Assembly: GCA_965113315.1 (NCBI GenBank)
Contig: OZ220367.1
DNA length: 64,000 bases
Source of the DNA: Podarcis vaucheri
Taxonomy: Eukaryota
Strand: one strand, 5' to 3'
Shown: positions 50,851 through 64,000 of the stretch, piece by piece
Layout of the letters: the number at the start of each line of letters is the position of its first letter
How positions within the stretch are numbered: position 1 is the stretch's first letter
Position numbers and translations under genes: made by a program
Notes under the pieces: model-generated
The model's database searches: none
Told to the model about the DNA's origin: nothing
The model's input: the letters and a program-made list of their open reading frames with translations, nothing else

Positions 50851-51729
50851 TATAAACAGCAGCCATGGGAGGGAGCAATCAGAATTGAGTCCATGGTGCA
50901 CACTGAGATAGTTTAGTTCTTTCCCCCTTGCCATGGTCCCCATGGAAATCCCTGCCCAGAAGTTGTGTTTAGCCCCCAAGAGGGCTGCTTGCATTGATGC
51001 TAATGGACACCTGCCTGCTTATAACAGCTTGAGGGGCAGGGCATGATTTTCAACAGGACCACAGTCTGTAGGGTGGGAGAGAGTTCATCTCCCCTCCCCC
51101 AGGCATGGCCCTGGATCCTGGATGTCATCACCACCACCCCATGGTTGATATTAAGTTAAAAATGTTCATTGCTTTCAAACAATTCATGTAACTTGTGGTT
51201 TGATCATCTTATCTGAGCACCTGACAGAATGATTGAGAAGAAGTTCAGATTCCAAAAGGCTTTTCCAGCATGTGGGTGATTATGAGCATTCAGCTTGCAG
51301 AAGGGAAGATAAATGGTTCTGTGTATTCTTTTTAATGATTTCTAAAAACTCTGCCTCTCGGAAGGGGCAAGACCTACTCTTTTGCACACTATGCTACAAC
51401 GACAAGCTCCAAGAAGCACTATTAAACCAAAAGCAGGCAGCTTCATCAAAATGAGCCTTGACTTGGAAGAAATTTCATGTGCAGTCAAAGCTTTGCTCCC
51501 TCTTGTCACTGCAGCAGTTCCCCCCTGCTGTCAAGCATACACATTACATTTTAAGCTAAATATCAGTTTTGGCAGCAGAGACTGCAGCAGCAAACTCGGC
51601 AAGTGAAGCTGCAGCTATGCAGGTGGTTCTCTTCCAGCTACATACATCTTTTCTTTGGATCCTGGCCTCTAAATTAGTTGCAGTGAGAACTTACCATAAT
51701 GACAAGGAACATGGTAGATAAAAGGCTAT

Positions 51730-51890
51730 GGCCTTTTAAATGTGCTTGTGGGACGGGGGTAATTGGTTTTTGTTTGGTTATGTATTTTGTGTTCTCATTT
51801 TGTATTTTTATATCGTGAACCACCCTGTGAACTTCAGATGAAGGGCAGTATATAAATTTTAATAATGATGATGACGATGATGGTGATGAT
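51730..51890 (+). mobile_element. L2-type 3' end fragment with (GAT)n tail
   Basis: gtgaaccaccctgtga...gaagggcagtatataaattttaataatgatgat. Confidence 0.6.
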
Positions 51891-52058
51891 AGTAGCTGCT
51901 TTATTCTATGTCAGACACTTGGTCCCTCTAGCTCAGTATTATCAGCTCTGAACTGGCAGTGGCTCTATGGGGGTTCAGACAGGAGATCCCAGGAACTGAA
52001 GCTGGGACTTCACTGCATGAAAAGCTTGTGCTCTAACCACTGAGCCTCAGTGTCCCCC
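51890..52058 (-). mobile_element. tRNA-derived SINE (Squam2-like), decayed
   Basis: Same family as 24631-24818. Confidence 0.65.
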
Positions 52059-52348
52059 CTGAATGCCGTGCACTTGCAGAAGCTGCAGCACCAACCAATA
52101 CTGACCCCTTGGTTTTTTTCCCTTCTTTCAAAAAATGATTCCACTTAATACATCCCTATAGAGTTCGCCAGTTTATTTCTGTAGGACCAAAATTTCTACT
52201 GCATCTTGATGGATGGTAAAATGTAGGAAGCGTATACATTTATAAAGAACCAGATGGTGTAATGGAAACTGAATTCAGAAAGAGAACATGTCCCCCAGTA
52301 TCATGTATCATGTTGATTATCTGCCAATAATCTCCATGGCAAACCATA

Positions 52349-53421
52349 CAGTGGTACCCCACAAGACGAACGCCTCGCAAGATGGAAAACCCGCTAGACG
52401 AAAGGGTTTTCCGTTTTGGAGGCGCTTCGCAAAACGAATTTCCCTATGGGCTTCCTTCGCAAGACGAAAGCCCATAGGGAAATCTCCGGGACAGCGGGGA
52501 AGCGCAGCGCGTCTTCCCCACTGTCCTCGGACCTCCTCCGAAGGCTGGCAGCGGGAGGAGGGCTCTCCTCCCGCCGCCAGCCTTCGGGGCAGCCTTTCAA
52601 AGGCTGGCGGTGGGGCGGGAAGCCCTCCTCCCACCGCCAGCCTTCAGGGCAGCCTTCCAAAGGCTGGCAGTGGGGCAGAGAGCCCTCCTCCCGCCGCCAG
52701 CCTTCGGGGCAGCCTTCCAAAGGCTGGCAGTGGGGCAGAGAGCCTTCCTCCCGCCGCCAGCCTTCGGGGCAGCCTTCCGAAGGCTGGCAGTGGGGCGGGA
52801 AGCCCTCCTCCCGCCGCCAGCCTTCGGGGCAGCCTTCTGAAGGCTGGCGGTGGGGCGGGAAGCCCTCCTCCCGCCGCCAGCCTTCGGGGCAGCCTTCTGA
52901 AGGCTGGCGGTGGGGCGGGAAGCCCTCCTCCCGCCGCCAGCCTTCGGGGCAGCCTTCCGAAGGCTGGCGGTGGGGCGGAGAGCTCTCTGCCCCACCGCCA
53001 GCCTTCGGAAGGCTGCTCCGAAGGCTGGCGGTGGGGCGGAGAGAGCTTCTCCCCGCGCCAGCCTTCGGATGGCTGTCCTGAAGACTTGCGGTGGGAGGAG
53101 GGTTTTCCTTCCCACCGCCAACATTCAGAATGCTGTTCTGAATGTTGGCGGTGGGGAGGAAAAACCCTCCTCCCACCGCAAGCCCCGGGAACAGAGGAGA
53201 AGCGCTGCGCCCCTTCCCCTCTGTTCCCGTACCTGTCCTGAAGGCTTGCGGTGGGGAGAAAAGCCCTTCTCCGCACCGCCAGCCTGGCAAGCGGTTTCCA
53301 TAGGAACGCATTAATTGATTTTCAATGCATTCCTATGGGAAACCGTGCTTTGCAAGACGAAAAACTCGCAAGAAGAAAAAACTTGCGGAACGAATTAATT
53401 TCGTCTTGTGAGGCACCACTG
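52349..53421. mobile_element. Tc1/mariner MITE family B, long copy with internal minisatellite
   Basis: TA|cagtggtaccccacaagacgaa ... ttcgtcttgtgaggcaccactg|TA. Confidence 0.92.
52535..53290. repeat. 60-bp GC-rich palindromic minisatellite
   Basis: Unit agccctcctcccgccgccagccttcggggcagccttccgaaggctggcggtggggcggga. Seven near-perfect units at 52561-52980, with diverged units after them. Confidence 0.95.
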
Positions 53422-55274
53422 TAATACACTTGCTTTCTCAGTAAATTCAGAGGTCAGTATTCAACTAAGTTATTGAACTAGTGCAAAGATTAGCACTAGC
53501 ACAATGGGATTTCACCCCAGATTTAGGGGGTACAAAGGAGAGGAAGCGATGGGGAGAATGTTCCATTGCACATGGGGAAATCCTTGCAGTGATGGAACAT
53601 TCACCTTATCACTACATTGAATGCAACCCAGGAATCAGTATTTTTTTAATATGCTCTACCTGACTATACGACTGTTTCCCTAAGAATATTTTACAGACAC
53701 CTGCCATGCTTTGGTTTTAATTTAAGATAGTGTAATTTTTTTCTATTTAAAACTTCATCCTTGTATCGTGCTTTATTATTTATGACATACAAATGTTTGT
53801 CTCTCAAGGTCACTTACCTAGAAAGACCAAACACTCTTTTTAAAAGGCATGTTTTATCTCTGAATTTCAATCAACTGAGGAAAGAATACCAGGAAAACTA
53901 TAGTGGCAGAAACAAAGACCGTAATAGTTTCTGCAAGTGCATTCAGGCCTGGAAATCTACCGAACAGCTCTTTAGTGAACATTTCATTTTAATGGTACAT
54001 TTAACTAATATCATATTTCACTGAGGGCTCTCTAAAAGCCCATATGACATGCATATAAATATGAGACCAATTCATCTGGACAGGTGTTGCTGAAAAGCAT
54101 ACTAAAAGGTGACAGCAAGCTAGAAGCCTGCAGCCAAAGTTCTAGCTGATAAATACCTATGTGCACAACCACCCAGAATCAGCAGATTAGGAGAGATGCC
54201 TGTCTTTCTCTCTCATTCTCCTCCACAGTCCTAACCTTGCTCTTTCTTTCTCCCTACTGCTCGACATTTCACTATCCTCATTTCATGATCCTAACCTCCC
54301 ACTAGAGATGGATGGAGGCATCAGTCAAATCTAGGCCCATGACAATTTTTCATCCCTAAGTCTATACTGTCCCATTTTTTCATTAATCTATATGCATCGC
54401 AGAATGACCATTCTTATTTGAATACCTAATTGAATACATATTTTATTACAAAATGTGTACCTATTTCTAAACATATTTCATCCTAAAATAGGCCATGTTC
54501 ATGCATGTTGGTATGCATTTTGTGTAAAGAACTGTATCAGTCAAAGCACCAAATCTGAAGGATAATTACGTTCTGATCTGTGTATCAGTCCCAGAGATGT
54601 AAATAAGGCCAGTTTGCTTAAAACTGTGGATCAAACAAATTATCCTACATTTCTGCCTCTGACACCACTATACCCCACCATTTATCTTTCACACATCCTT
54701 CTATAGATAGATCCTAATCCCCCCTTATTTTCCTCCATTCCTCCTAAGCACCAGCCCTCCAGTCTCCCATAAACATACGGTACTTTCTTCTGCTCACTTA
54801 TTTCCTTTCTTACAGGTCTCCATTCATGTCTCTGCCGCTCCCTCATCCTTCTTCCCTGCTGCACATTCTGCTGTCATGCACTCTCTCTCTTCCTGCCTCA
54901 CGCTACATGCTGCTTCACTGCCTATTTTGCAATTAGTCCTTTTCAAATGCAACTAGCAATTCCAGCAAGAATGATCCCCAGGAAGGTTGTCTTTCCAAAA
55001 CAATCACACATCTAGATATATATATATTAAAGGGCATTGGGAAGGTAGAATCCAGTAACAGGTGGTACACATACAGCACTTCTGAAGTTTTGACAGCAGT
55101 GAGGAGCAGGCTGGATATGGGAACTGGGTTTAGGCATCGCCTCCACAAGTGATCAGCACTGTCAGAAGTGATTAACACCAATAAGCCATTGAGTGGGGAG
55201 GAATGGAATCTTTGTGTACCACAGCTGACAGTCAGGCACTGTGCAAATATATTAAATTAGGCCCTATACATATA

Positions 55275-56810
55275 AATAATAAATTTTATTTATACCCCGC
55301 CCTTCCCGGTTCAGAAACGGGGCTCAGGCCGGCTAACAACAAATTTAAAACACTTAATTGTAATACAACATAGAAACAGAATAAAAGCATGAGTAATAAT
55401 AAAATTCAAAGTTCAAAAATCAATTTGGGGAAAATCCATCCAATAAGCATTAGATAGTCACCAGGGCTAGCTGGCTGAATTAGCCCTACTTGGGCCAGCG
55501 AGGAGGCCAGGGGAGAATTAGCTATGGGGTCTCAGAGCGGGTAATCTTCATAAAAAGGAAGGGGGAGGAAAGAGAAGGGAAGAGAAATAAAAGTTAAGGC
55601 TGAATTCAAATTAAAGGCCAGGCGGAATAGCTCTGTCTTACAGGCCTGGCGGAAAGAGGTTAAATCCTGAAGGGCCCTGGTCTCATGGGACAGAGCATTC
55701 CACCAAGTCGGAGCCATCACTGACAAGGCCCTGGCCCTGGTGGAGGATAGTCTGACTTCCTTAGGGCCCGGGACCCCTAAACTATGGTTATTCATGGACC
55801 TTAAGGTCCTCTGCGGGGCATACCAGGAGAGGCGGTCCCATAAATATGTGGGCCCTAAGCCACAAAGGGCTTTAAAGGTCAAAACCAGCACTTTGAACCT
55901 GACCCTATACTCCACTGGGAGCCAGTGCAACTGGTAAAGCACTGGGTGAATATGCTCCCATGGCAGGGACCCCGTGAGAAGCCTCGCTGCAGCATTCTGC
56001 ACCCACTGGAGTTTCTGGGACAGTTTCAAGGGCAGCCCCGCATAGAGCGAATTACAGTAGTCAAGCCTAGAGGTGACCGTTGCATGGATCACTGTGGCCA
56101 GGTTGGGGCGGGAAAGGTAAGGGACCAACTGCTTAATGTGGCGAAGATAGAAAAATGTCGCCTTAGCTGTTGCTGCAACCTGCGCCTCCATGGAAAGGGA
56201 GGCGTCAAGGATTACACCCAAACTCTTAACGGAAGGCACTGGCACTAATTGGACCCCTGCAAGAGAAGGGAGTTGGTCCCTCATCCCCATGCCATCCTGA
56301 CCTAGCCATAGGACCTCTGTCTTCAAAGGATTTAGTTTCAATCGGCTCCCACGAAAACCATCCAGACACAGCTTCCAAGCATCTGGCCGAGTCGGTGTGG
56401 CCATCCATCAGTGGATAGAGCTGAGTGTCAACAGCAAGTTGGTGACAGCCCAGCCCAAAGCTCCAGACAATCTGGGCAAGGGGGTGCATAAAGATGTTTA
56501 AAAGCATCGGGGAAAGGATTGCACCCTGTGGCACTCCACACACCAAGGAATGGCGCAATGACATCTCCCTCCCTAATGCCACCCTCTGTCCCTAACCAGA
56601 GATAAAAGAGCAAAGCCATTGTCAGGCTGTGCCCTGTATCCCCACATCGGTGAGGCAGTGGTCCAGAAGATCATGATTGACCATATCAAAGGCTGCTCAC
56701 AGATCTAAGAATCAGCAATCCCGACCAGCCTCGATCCAGTTGTCTACGGAGGTCATCTGTTAGACGACTCTGGTCGCCCTCGGTCCCGAAACCAGGACGG
56801 AAACCGGACT
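55275..56810 (-). mobile_element. L2 LINE, 5'-truncated, RT pseudogene
   Basis: Fragments in three frames: FQSGFRPGFGTE, GVPQGAILSP, degenerate (Y)ADDTQLY, LKLNP.KTE, SRLDYCN, LHWLPV..R..FK. Confidence 0.93.
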
Positions 56811-58208
56811 GAAAATATGTATTTATATTAACAGAACTCAGCAGTCCTATGCTGATGTGATGCCATGACACAGGGGTACCATCGTGGGGGGGGGGGCCTC
56901 AGGCACCCCCTCAAATATTCCAGGATGGGGCCAGGCCCCCTCAATTGCGGGGCAAGCTGATGTGCCTGCCATGTCAGTTATCAGGATTATACAAATGTGT
57001 GAAAAGATAATTCTCTAAACACAGTTCTTATGCAGAAAAGAAAAGGGTCTGGTTGTTTCTGAAAGTCTCTACCACCACACCACCCTCTGTACAATCAACC
57101 CTCTTACTTGAGTCAAGCCAGAAACTTGTAATTTAAAAAATAACTGCCCCACTTCTATCGCCTTGGCCAATGCCTTATGGATTGTTTTCCTCCAATTTGT
57201 AATACTGCAGATTACATTTCTGTTGCAATCATATTACTTCTCTGTGGCCACTGCAGGAATTGATGAAGTGGGAAAATAGCATTTAGGAGGCATCAGAGCA
57301 TTTTGCCCTAATCAATAAGACACACCAAAATTACTTGTCCCTTAAAATTACATGAGTCCTTGTCCAGATCCATAATGAAGGAATCTGCCAACTCTGTCTC
57401 CTTGCTGGGTGGTTAGAAAGATATGAACACAGCATAATAAAAGCAAGACGTTGGCTTTCACTGGAACAAACAGCTGTCCCGGTTTTCTGTTGGGCTGGAT
57501 CAGAAGCTATGATCCCAAATGCTTTGGTGTGAAAAGGGGCAGCCACAACTGCAGATGCAACAAAGATTTAACATTTAAATACACAACCACCACCAGAGCT
57601 AGCCCAGGCATTAGGCAGGGTGATGCCACTGCCTCAGGCGGCAGAAGTCCCTCAGGCACCAGCCTTGCTGCCACCTCAAGCAACGAAATCATGCGAAATC
57701 TTGCCCAAAATTGGTATTGATAGCAGTGCCACTTCTCTGCCAGAGGCAGGGCACATGGCAGCAGCACAGCAGGCAATGGCAGGAGCAGGTAGGTGGCCGG
57801 GCAGCAGTGGCGGCAGCAGGTTAAAACAGCACTTCCGGTTTCGCCTCAAGCAGCCTGACACCAACATTGCACCACATCTCATCAAGATTGTCAAAAGTAG
57901 TACAACAACAACAAGAACCTCTTTAGTGGCAATTAAATCTGTGCAACCTAAAAACACCACCACATACTTAGCCAAAGCCTTCTGATTACGGGTGTTCCAT
58001 ATGTGCATGACCGTGCATACGCACATCACTCCAAACCCAGAAGTTACCCAGCAATGTCAAAGACACCACTGAGACATCACTAAAAGGGCAGAGCAGAGGC
58101 AGAACAGGGTGTTTCCAGGCTTTTTCAATGAGTTTTGGTTATGTACAATTTCACCGACGCTCAAGTACCTTGGAATGTAACCCCCATGTAAACAGGGAGC
58201 TGCCTGTA

Positions 58209-58439
58209 CAGTGGTACCTCGGGTTATAGACGCTTCAGGTTACAGACGCTTCATGTTACAGACTCCACTAACCCATAAATAGTACCTCGGGTTAAGAACT
58301 TTGCTTCAGGATGAGAACAGAAATCGTGCGGCGGCAGCGGGAGGCCCCGTTAGCTAAAGTGGTACCTCAGGTTAAGAACAGTTTCAGGTTAAGAACGGAC
58401 CTCCAGAACGAATTAAGTTCTTAACCTGAGGTACCACTG
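58209..58439. mobile_element. MITE family A
   Basis: TIRs and TA TSD. Abuts the probable end (gggagctgcctg|TA) of an older Tigger-like element. Confidence 0.93.
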
Positions 58440-58485
58440 TACACACATCACTCAGAATACCCAAGCACCTGTCTCACCCTGGTCA

Positions 58486-58592
58486 ACAAAGTTCTACAGA
58501 AAGAAAATGAGCATTATACAGCTAGAAAGAAAATGAGCATTATACAGCTACAAAGTTCTACAGAAAGAAAATGAGCATTATACAGCTAGAAG
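58486..58592. repeat. Compound perfect tandem duplication (A-B-B-A-B)
   Basis: A=caaagttctac, B=agaaagaaaatgagcattatacagct. Confidence 0.9.
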
Positions 58593-58914
58593 GGACCCTG
58601 AGTGACAGTGCAGGATGCTGAACAAGATCACACGTGACAGGTGGCCATCCAACCTCTGCTTACAGAAGCATCATGAGGTCCATGATCAGGCAAACCATGC
58701 AAAAGGTCACAGGAGCCCATGTGGCCCTCAGAAAGGCAATGGAGGGGGAACCTCCAGTGGACACAGTAGAAATGAATAGAGAAGAAAACAAGGAGGTGCC
58801 TTCATGAAGGAAATACACTATAAGACAGACAATGGGATAATATGAGGAACTAAGTGAATATTAGGAGATTGCATCACTACCCTAGACATTTACAGCTAAT
58901 GGTAGCGTCACATC

Positions 58915-59342
58915 CAGAGATGAGGTAGAAATTCAATTCAGATTACCTAATCCCTTTCCAAAACAATACAAGAAATTAAACATGGCCCTCTTTCAAAATT
59001 TGCACTTCTCTGAATTTTGCAGTGGAATTCTGCAAACAACTAATGTGTAAAAAGAAAGCCTATACTAGGGTAAATTGTGTATATAAGTGTGTGTGTGTTT
59101 GTGTGTAAAAATGCATTATATTAGGAAGAACTGATTTGCAAAAAATGCATATTTTAGTCCAGATTAGATGCAAAAAATGTTTACATTAGGAGAAATTCAT
59201 GCAAAGATACTGATGATCTTTGGTGAGTACTTTTGTTATTTAAAAAAAATGCAAAGTGATGTAGAAATGTAGAGAACTGAACCTGTGACTAGAAGAAAAG
59301 AGAAATGGTGAGAAACTGAAATTGGCATTTGCCCATGTCTAA
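58915..59342 (+). mobile_element. Old AT-rich TIR element (family of 48401-48823)
   Basis: tgcacttctctgaattttgc core. Ends ttgcccatgtcta. Confidence 0.65.
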
Positions 59343-60243
59343 TCACATCGCATATCAACACAGCCAATGTTCACAGAAATCTTAATCCCTTCAATCCCCC
59401 CAGTATTGCAATTCTTACTTTATTACTCCGCTCTCCCATTTTCTCCCAGCATCTGAGATATGACTGTGAAGCACTGCCAGATATAGATACTAATGAAATC
59501 ATGATAACAATCTGCAATGAAGACATAGACAGAACATAATTGCAGCCACTGAGGTGATCTAGATCATAATCTCTCTCCTGGGTACACCCCTTGTATTTCC
59601 ATTGTGAGAACAGTGTTAAATGTGGGACAGCAAAGGAATGAGTCTGACAGTAAATTGGCTCATCTATTTGAGTACTTCTCCTGGAAGAATTAAGCATAAG
59701 TTGCCAGATTCACTCGTGGGAATAAGCAGCTCAACAGTTTTTCAGCAGCTTATTACTACATACAAATTACTTCATAGTTCTTCCTTTGGGTACATTTAAA
59801 TTATTCAAATTCTACAATGCCTTATTGCAAAAGGAGGAAGAATATCTCATTTGTAGGTTATCCACCATGAATTGGTTAGACAATGTTTATTCCTCCCCAT
59901 CCTTGTTAATATTCGAGAAGTGTGTTATAAACAAAAATACATGTATGTGCTCTGCATATACAAACCAATAATTTTCTACTATTGATCTTTTATGCAACAA
60001 AATAATATATATCCTCCTTAGCCTCATTAAATCCTTTGACCTCTGAGAAATACTGTATAGGGTCCACCCTATTTTCTTGTTTGTAGTTTGGTTTAACTGA
60101 TTTTAATATTATATTTTTAAATTGTTGTAACTCAGTTTGGGACCTCATGGCAAATGATGGGTAAGAAGTCTGGTAGTGGTATTAATCATCATCATCCAAG
60201 GAGTTCATTTCTTAGAGATTTGTGAGCACCTAGATATAGGATT

Positions 60244-60594
60244 GGGACGCAGGTGGCACTGTGGGTTAAACCACAGAGCCCAGGGCTTGCCAATCAGAAG
60301 GTCGGCAGTTCGAATCCCCGTGACGGGGTGAGCTCCCGTTGCTCAGTCCCTGCTCCTGCCAAGCTAGCAGTTTGAAAGCATGTCAAACTGCGAGTAGATA
60401 AATAGGTACTGCTCTGGCGGGAAGGTAAATGGTGTTTCCGTGCACTGCTCTGGTCTGCCAGAAGTGGCTTAGTCATCCTGGCCACATGACCCGGAAGCTG
60501 TATGCTGGCTCCCTTGGCCAGTAAAGCGAGATGAGCGCCACAATTCCCGAGTTGGCCACAACTGGACCTAATGGTCAGGGGTCCCTTTACCTTT
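60244..60594 (+). mobile_element. Sauria SINE, full length
   Basis: 16-bp TSD acctagatataggatt/acctagatacaggatt. tRNA A and B boxes. (accttt) tail. Confidence 0.95.
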
Positions 60595-60998
60595 ACCTAG
60601 ATACAGGATTGGCTACTAGCTGGAGGGGGCTTTTGAGCTCATGCCCTACTTTGGGGCTTCCTACAAACATCCAGTTGGCCACTGCGGGTAAGCAGATCCA
60701 GCAGGGCTCCACTAGTGATTTGTTTCCTGTGAGATACTTTCGTTTACTGTTAGACATCCAGAAGTATTCTAGATACATCATTTTAGCCCCTGTTGGAGAA
60801 GCTGACTTCAAATCTTGTGTCTGGCTGGTTGTCTTAAAGAGCAAGCACTGATTTCCATCTCATGGCGTATGTCCCACATAACAAGTTACATTCCCAGCCA
60901 CTGATCTGAGATAGTTTCAAACCATAGTATAAGATTCTGGCTTCTTCTAATCAATTATCTTATTATCTAATGGGAAACCCTGGTTACCTATTTTACTA

Positions 60999-61238
60999 CA
61001 GTGGTGCCTCGGGTTAAGTACTTAATTCGTTCTGGAGGTCCGTACTTAACCTGAAACTGGTCTTAACCTGAAGCACCACTTTAGCTAATGGGGCCTCCTG
61101 CTGCCGCCGTGCTGCCAGAGCCCGATTTCTGTTCTTATCCTGAAGCAAAGTTCTTAACCTGAAGCACTATTTCTGGGTTAGCGGAGTCTAACCTGAAGCA
61201 AATGTAACCTGAAGCGTATGTAACCCGAGGTACCACTG
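60999..61238. mobile_element. MITE family A
   Basis: TIRs and TA TSD. Confidence 0.93.
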
Positions 61239-63236
61239 TATATTCATTCAATAACGGGTTAATGCAAGATTTCTTCAGTTGCCACACAACAAGGAGGGAG
61301 ATATGAAGGGACAGTGCAAGGACACTGCGTGTGGGCACAAGGCTCATGCATATCTCAGCTTATGTTAAGCACGCTCAATAAAAATGGTTCAGAGCGCATG
61401 AGAAACTAGCCCAGTAAGTGTTAAATCACAACATGCCAAAAAGAGAGGGAGGGATAAGCACAAAGATAGAGCATGTGCCTCGCACAAGGCCCATGTGCAT
61501 ATTGCCTTCATAAGCTGAGATCTATACAGCCAAAGCAAATTAATGTGTAATCTGACCCTCAAATGAGTATTTCTGAAACTGAAAGCAAACATGAAATCTG
61601 TTCAGGTGCACAATTCACAAAAATGTGGGACTTGCCATCCATAGCTAGTTCCCGCTATTTTTATGGACAGCTTTCTACTTAGAATTGATTAATGTGTTTT
61701 CTACTTACTATGAGAGGCTTAAATGTGAAGAAGCCATAAAAATTAGGATGAGAGATAAGGAAACCCTGTGACTTCCTCTGAGCTTTTGGGATAGTGTGAA
61801 GAGCAAATATAAATCTAAATAAGTAGGGAGAGAACCAAGTAAAATGTGGGCTCCATCTCCTCAATAATACAGGAGTCTTCCTCTGCTGCTGTGGGAGAAC
61901 AATTAGCCCTCCTCTTACCGCCAGTTGCATCTCTACCTTCCCTCTATGACTCAGAGTAATAAATATTTGATTTTGAAGCCGATTCTGGTTCAGTCCTTCC
62001 ATCCTGAAAATGTTTTTGTGAGAAGTAATTAACCTCAGCATGCCTCTATTCAACCTATGTGGCTAGCCTATCATAAATTCTCTTCTGACTCACAATCTGT
62101 GCCAAAGACACCTCCCTCGTCTACACTCCACTGCACAGTCAAGGAGCTGCATTTGGAACAGAGATGGATTCTGAAGGGATTCAAAAGCGAGCTCTTAATT
62201 GAAGTTATCCACAGCTATAGAGCAACGGAAGGGGTCACCTAAGTGATGGCAGGCTTCCACTGAGCTCTGCTGACGCTGTTAGACTCTCCCCCCAGCAATA
62301 AAGAAAGCTTTGGTGCATCAGTGAAGAACTCTAACATATCCTTGAGCGAACTGTGGGGGACTTTGGGGCACTGTGCAATGAATGAATATGGGCCACAGAA
62401 GCCAACTTACAGAGTGATTTCTGAAGTCTCTGTTGATCATGTTACTTATTGCCATTAATCATGTCCAAGTCTGCTTCTGATTAACTTAACAGTAGCCATG
62501 GGAAGAGTAAAAAGGAGGAGATGAGATCTGTGGCTGATGAGTGACAATGTAAAAATACACCAAGGGTAGGTGCTCACCAGATTCAAATGCATGACTCATC
62601 CGGCTGACACTAATGGGATCTCAGGTGGCCAAGTCATTTCACAGCATTTGGGGAAAGCACATTTCACTTTAAAGGCATCAAGGGGAAATGGAAGGCCCTA
62701 AATATTCAGAAGTATATTCTTTGGCGATTTTTCAAATGTTCTTTATAGCCTGCCCTACCTCAAGGGCTTAAAGAGGGGGGGACTAGAGACTGGCACACAT
62801 ATTACTAACTTGAAAAAGGCCCTCAAAATTAACAAATCCTGGAAAGAACATTGCAACACACTGAAAAAAAATGAAGTTGTCAACCCACAGAACAGGAGGT
62901 GCAATCAGTCTGTCTCAAATACTTTGTGAAAGAACCATCTTTCTTTATAAAAATGGCAAAGGAGCAGCACCAGGACCAGGAGGCCTCATTCCATAACTGG
63001 TGCTGTGACCAAGAAGTCATTTCCCCATATCTCCACCCTGTTATCAGAGAGTGGGAATACAGAAAAGAGCCTCTGGTGGAGATCTGGGTCAGGGACAGAG
63101 TGGTCCTTCAGGTGTTGGACTTCAGCTATTATCATCCCTGACTATTGGCCATGCTGGCTGGGGCTGACCAAAATGTAGAGGGCCACAGGCTTCCCATCCC
63201 TGTTCTTACTGGTCAGGTATATACATATGCATGGGC

Positions 63237-63372
63237 AGAACTTTTTTCCCAGCCAGAACCCACTGGAACTCAGTTCCGGCACTTCTCAGGTGGGCACTAT
63301 TGTCATTATAAGAGAACAAGGGAGGCATTCATGATGAGTTCCAGCACCTCTTTTTCTAGAAAAATAGCACTG
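63237..63372. mobile_element. Decayed hAT-type MITE
   Basis: cagaactttttt ... aaaaatagcactg. Repeated gagttccggcac motif. TSD degenerate. Confidence 0.55.
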
Positions 63373-64000
63373 TATATGGAAATGGTCTTTAAGAAATCTC
63401 TGTCCCAGAGGGTGGTATTCAGTTAGGTTTTAATGACTGGTATTAATGGGTTAAGAGTTGCCGCATTGAAATTAATCTTATTAGTTTAAGTACACTAATC
63501 TCAATGGATATAATAGCACAGTAATGTGTTACTTTTTTTGCCCCAATGAAAACTCTGGCAACTGCATTCTGGGTCAGCTGAGGTTTCTGACTTGTTTCTT
63601 CTGACAAAGACTTGGCCAAAAGTGTGAGCAGATCTGTCTTGTCTGGGACAAGCTGTTGGTGGTGGACCAGCCTTAAAGTCTACCCGTCACTGTTGTCACC
63701 AGAGTATCCAACATTAGTGACGTATCTAGGAACACTCCCAGAATGGGAATCTGATCCTTTAGGGGGAGTGCAACCCCATACAAAGCATTGTTTAAGCACC
63801 CAAATTCAGATAAGTCAAAAATCTGTGTTGGTTGGGATTTTGCTTATCTGGATTAAGCTTCAGCTTGTTTGTCCATATCCAGGCCTCCACTGCTCTAAAG
63901 AGATTGCAAAGTAATACAGAAAAATAGATCCATAAAACAAGAGAAGCTGAAGGACTATGTTAACCACACTAAACAGCAGTGTTAGTCACTCAGCGCATGT

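Noticed and set aside
52561-52980. CRISPR-like array of palindromic repeats
   Set aside because: The intervening segments are themselves repeated (no unique spacers), there are no cas genes, and the context is vertebrate.
52288-53314. Long overlapping ORFs (up to 317 aa) on both strands
   Set aside because: These result from a stop-poor GC-rich 60-bp tandem repeat inside a MITE. The peptides are periodic and have no domain.
62530-62560. Hammerhead core CUGAUGA
   Set aside because: No stem II or downstream GAAA and cleavage triplet.

Overview
This is non-coding vertebrate DNA with no recognisable host exon, so probably a large intron or gene desert. The repeat content (BovB LINE, Sauria SINE, squamate tRNA SINEs) points to a squamate, probably a lacertid lizard (inference). 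There is one 200-N scaffold gap at 10148-10347. The window is dominated by transposable elements: BovB, L2, CR1 and old RTE-X-like LINE fragments; several SINE families, including a 5S-headed one; three solo LTRs with 5-bp TSDs; at least 13 Tc1/mariner-type MITEs with TA TSDs; and many hAT MITEs with 8-bp TSDs, often nested 2-4 deep. All convincing protein-like ORFs are broken retroelement RT fragments or artefacts of tandem repeats. The most notable structure is a 390-bp Penelope-like insertion (46911-47300) whose two inverted arms each carry a minimal hammerhead ribozyme. Also notable are a MITE with an internally amplified 60-bp palindromic GC/CpG-rich array, a solo LTR with a duplicated CCAAT/CRE/octamer module, and a perfect 19-bp palindrome in unique DNA. 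Family names come from recall of consensus features, not database searches. I did not find a demonstrably new biological system.
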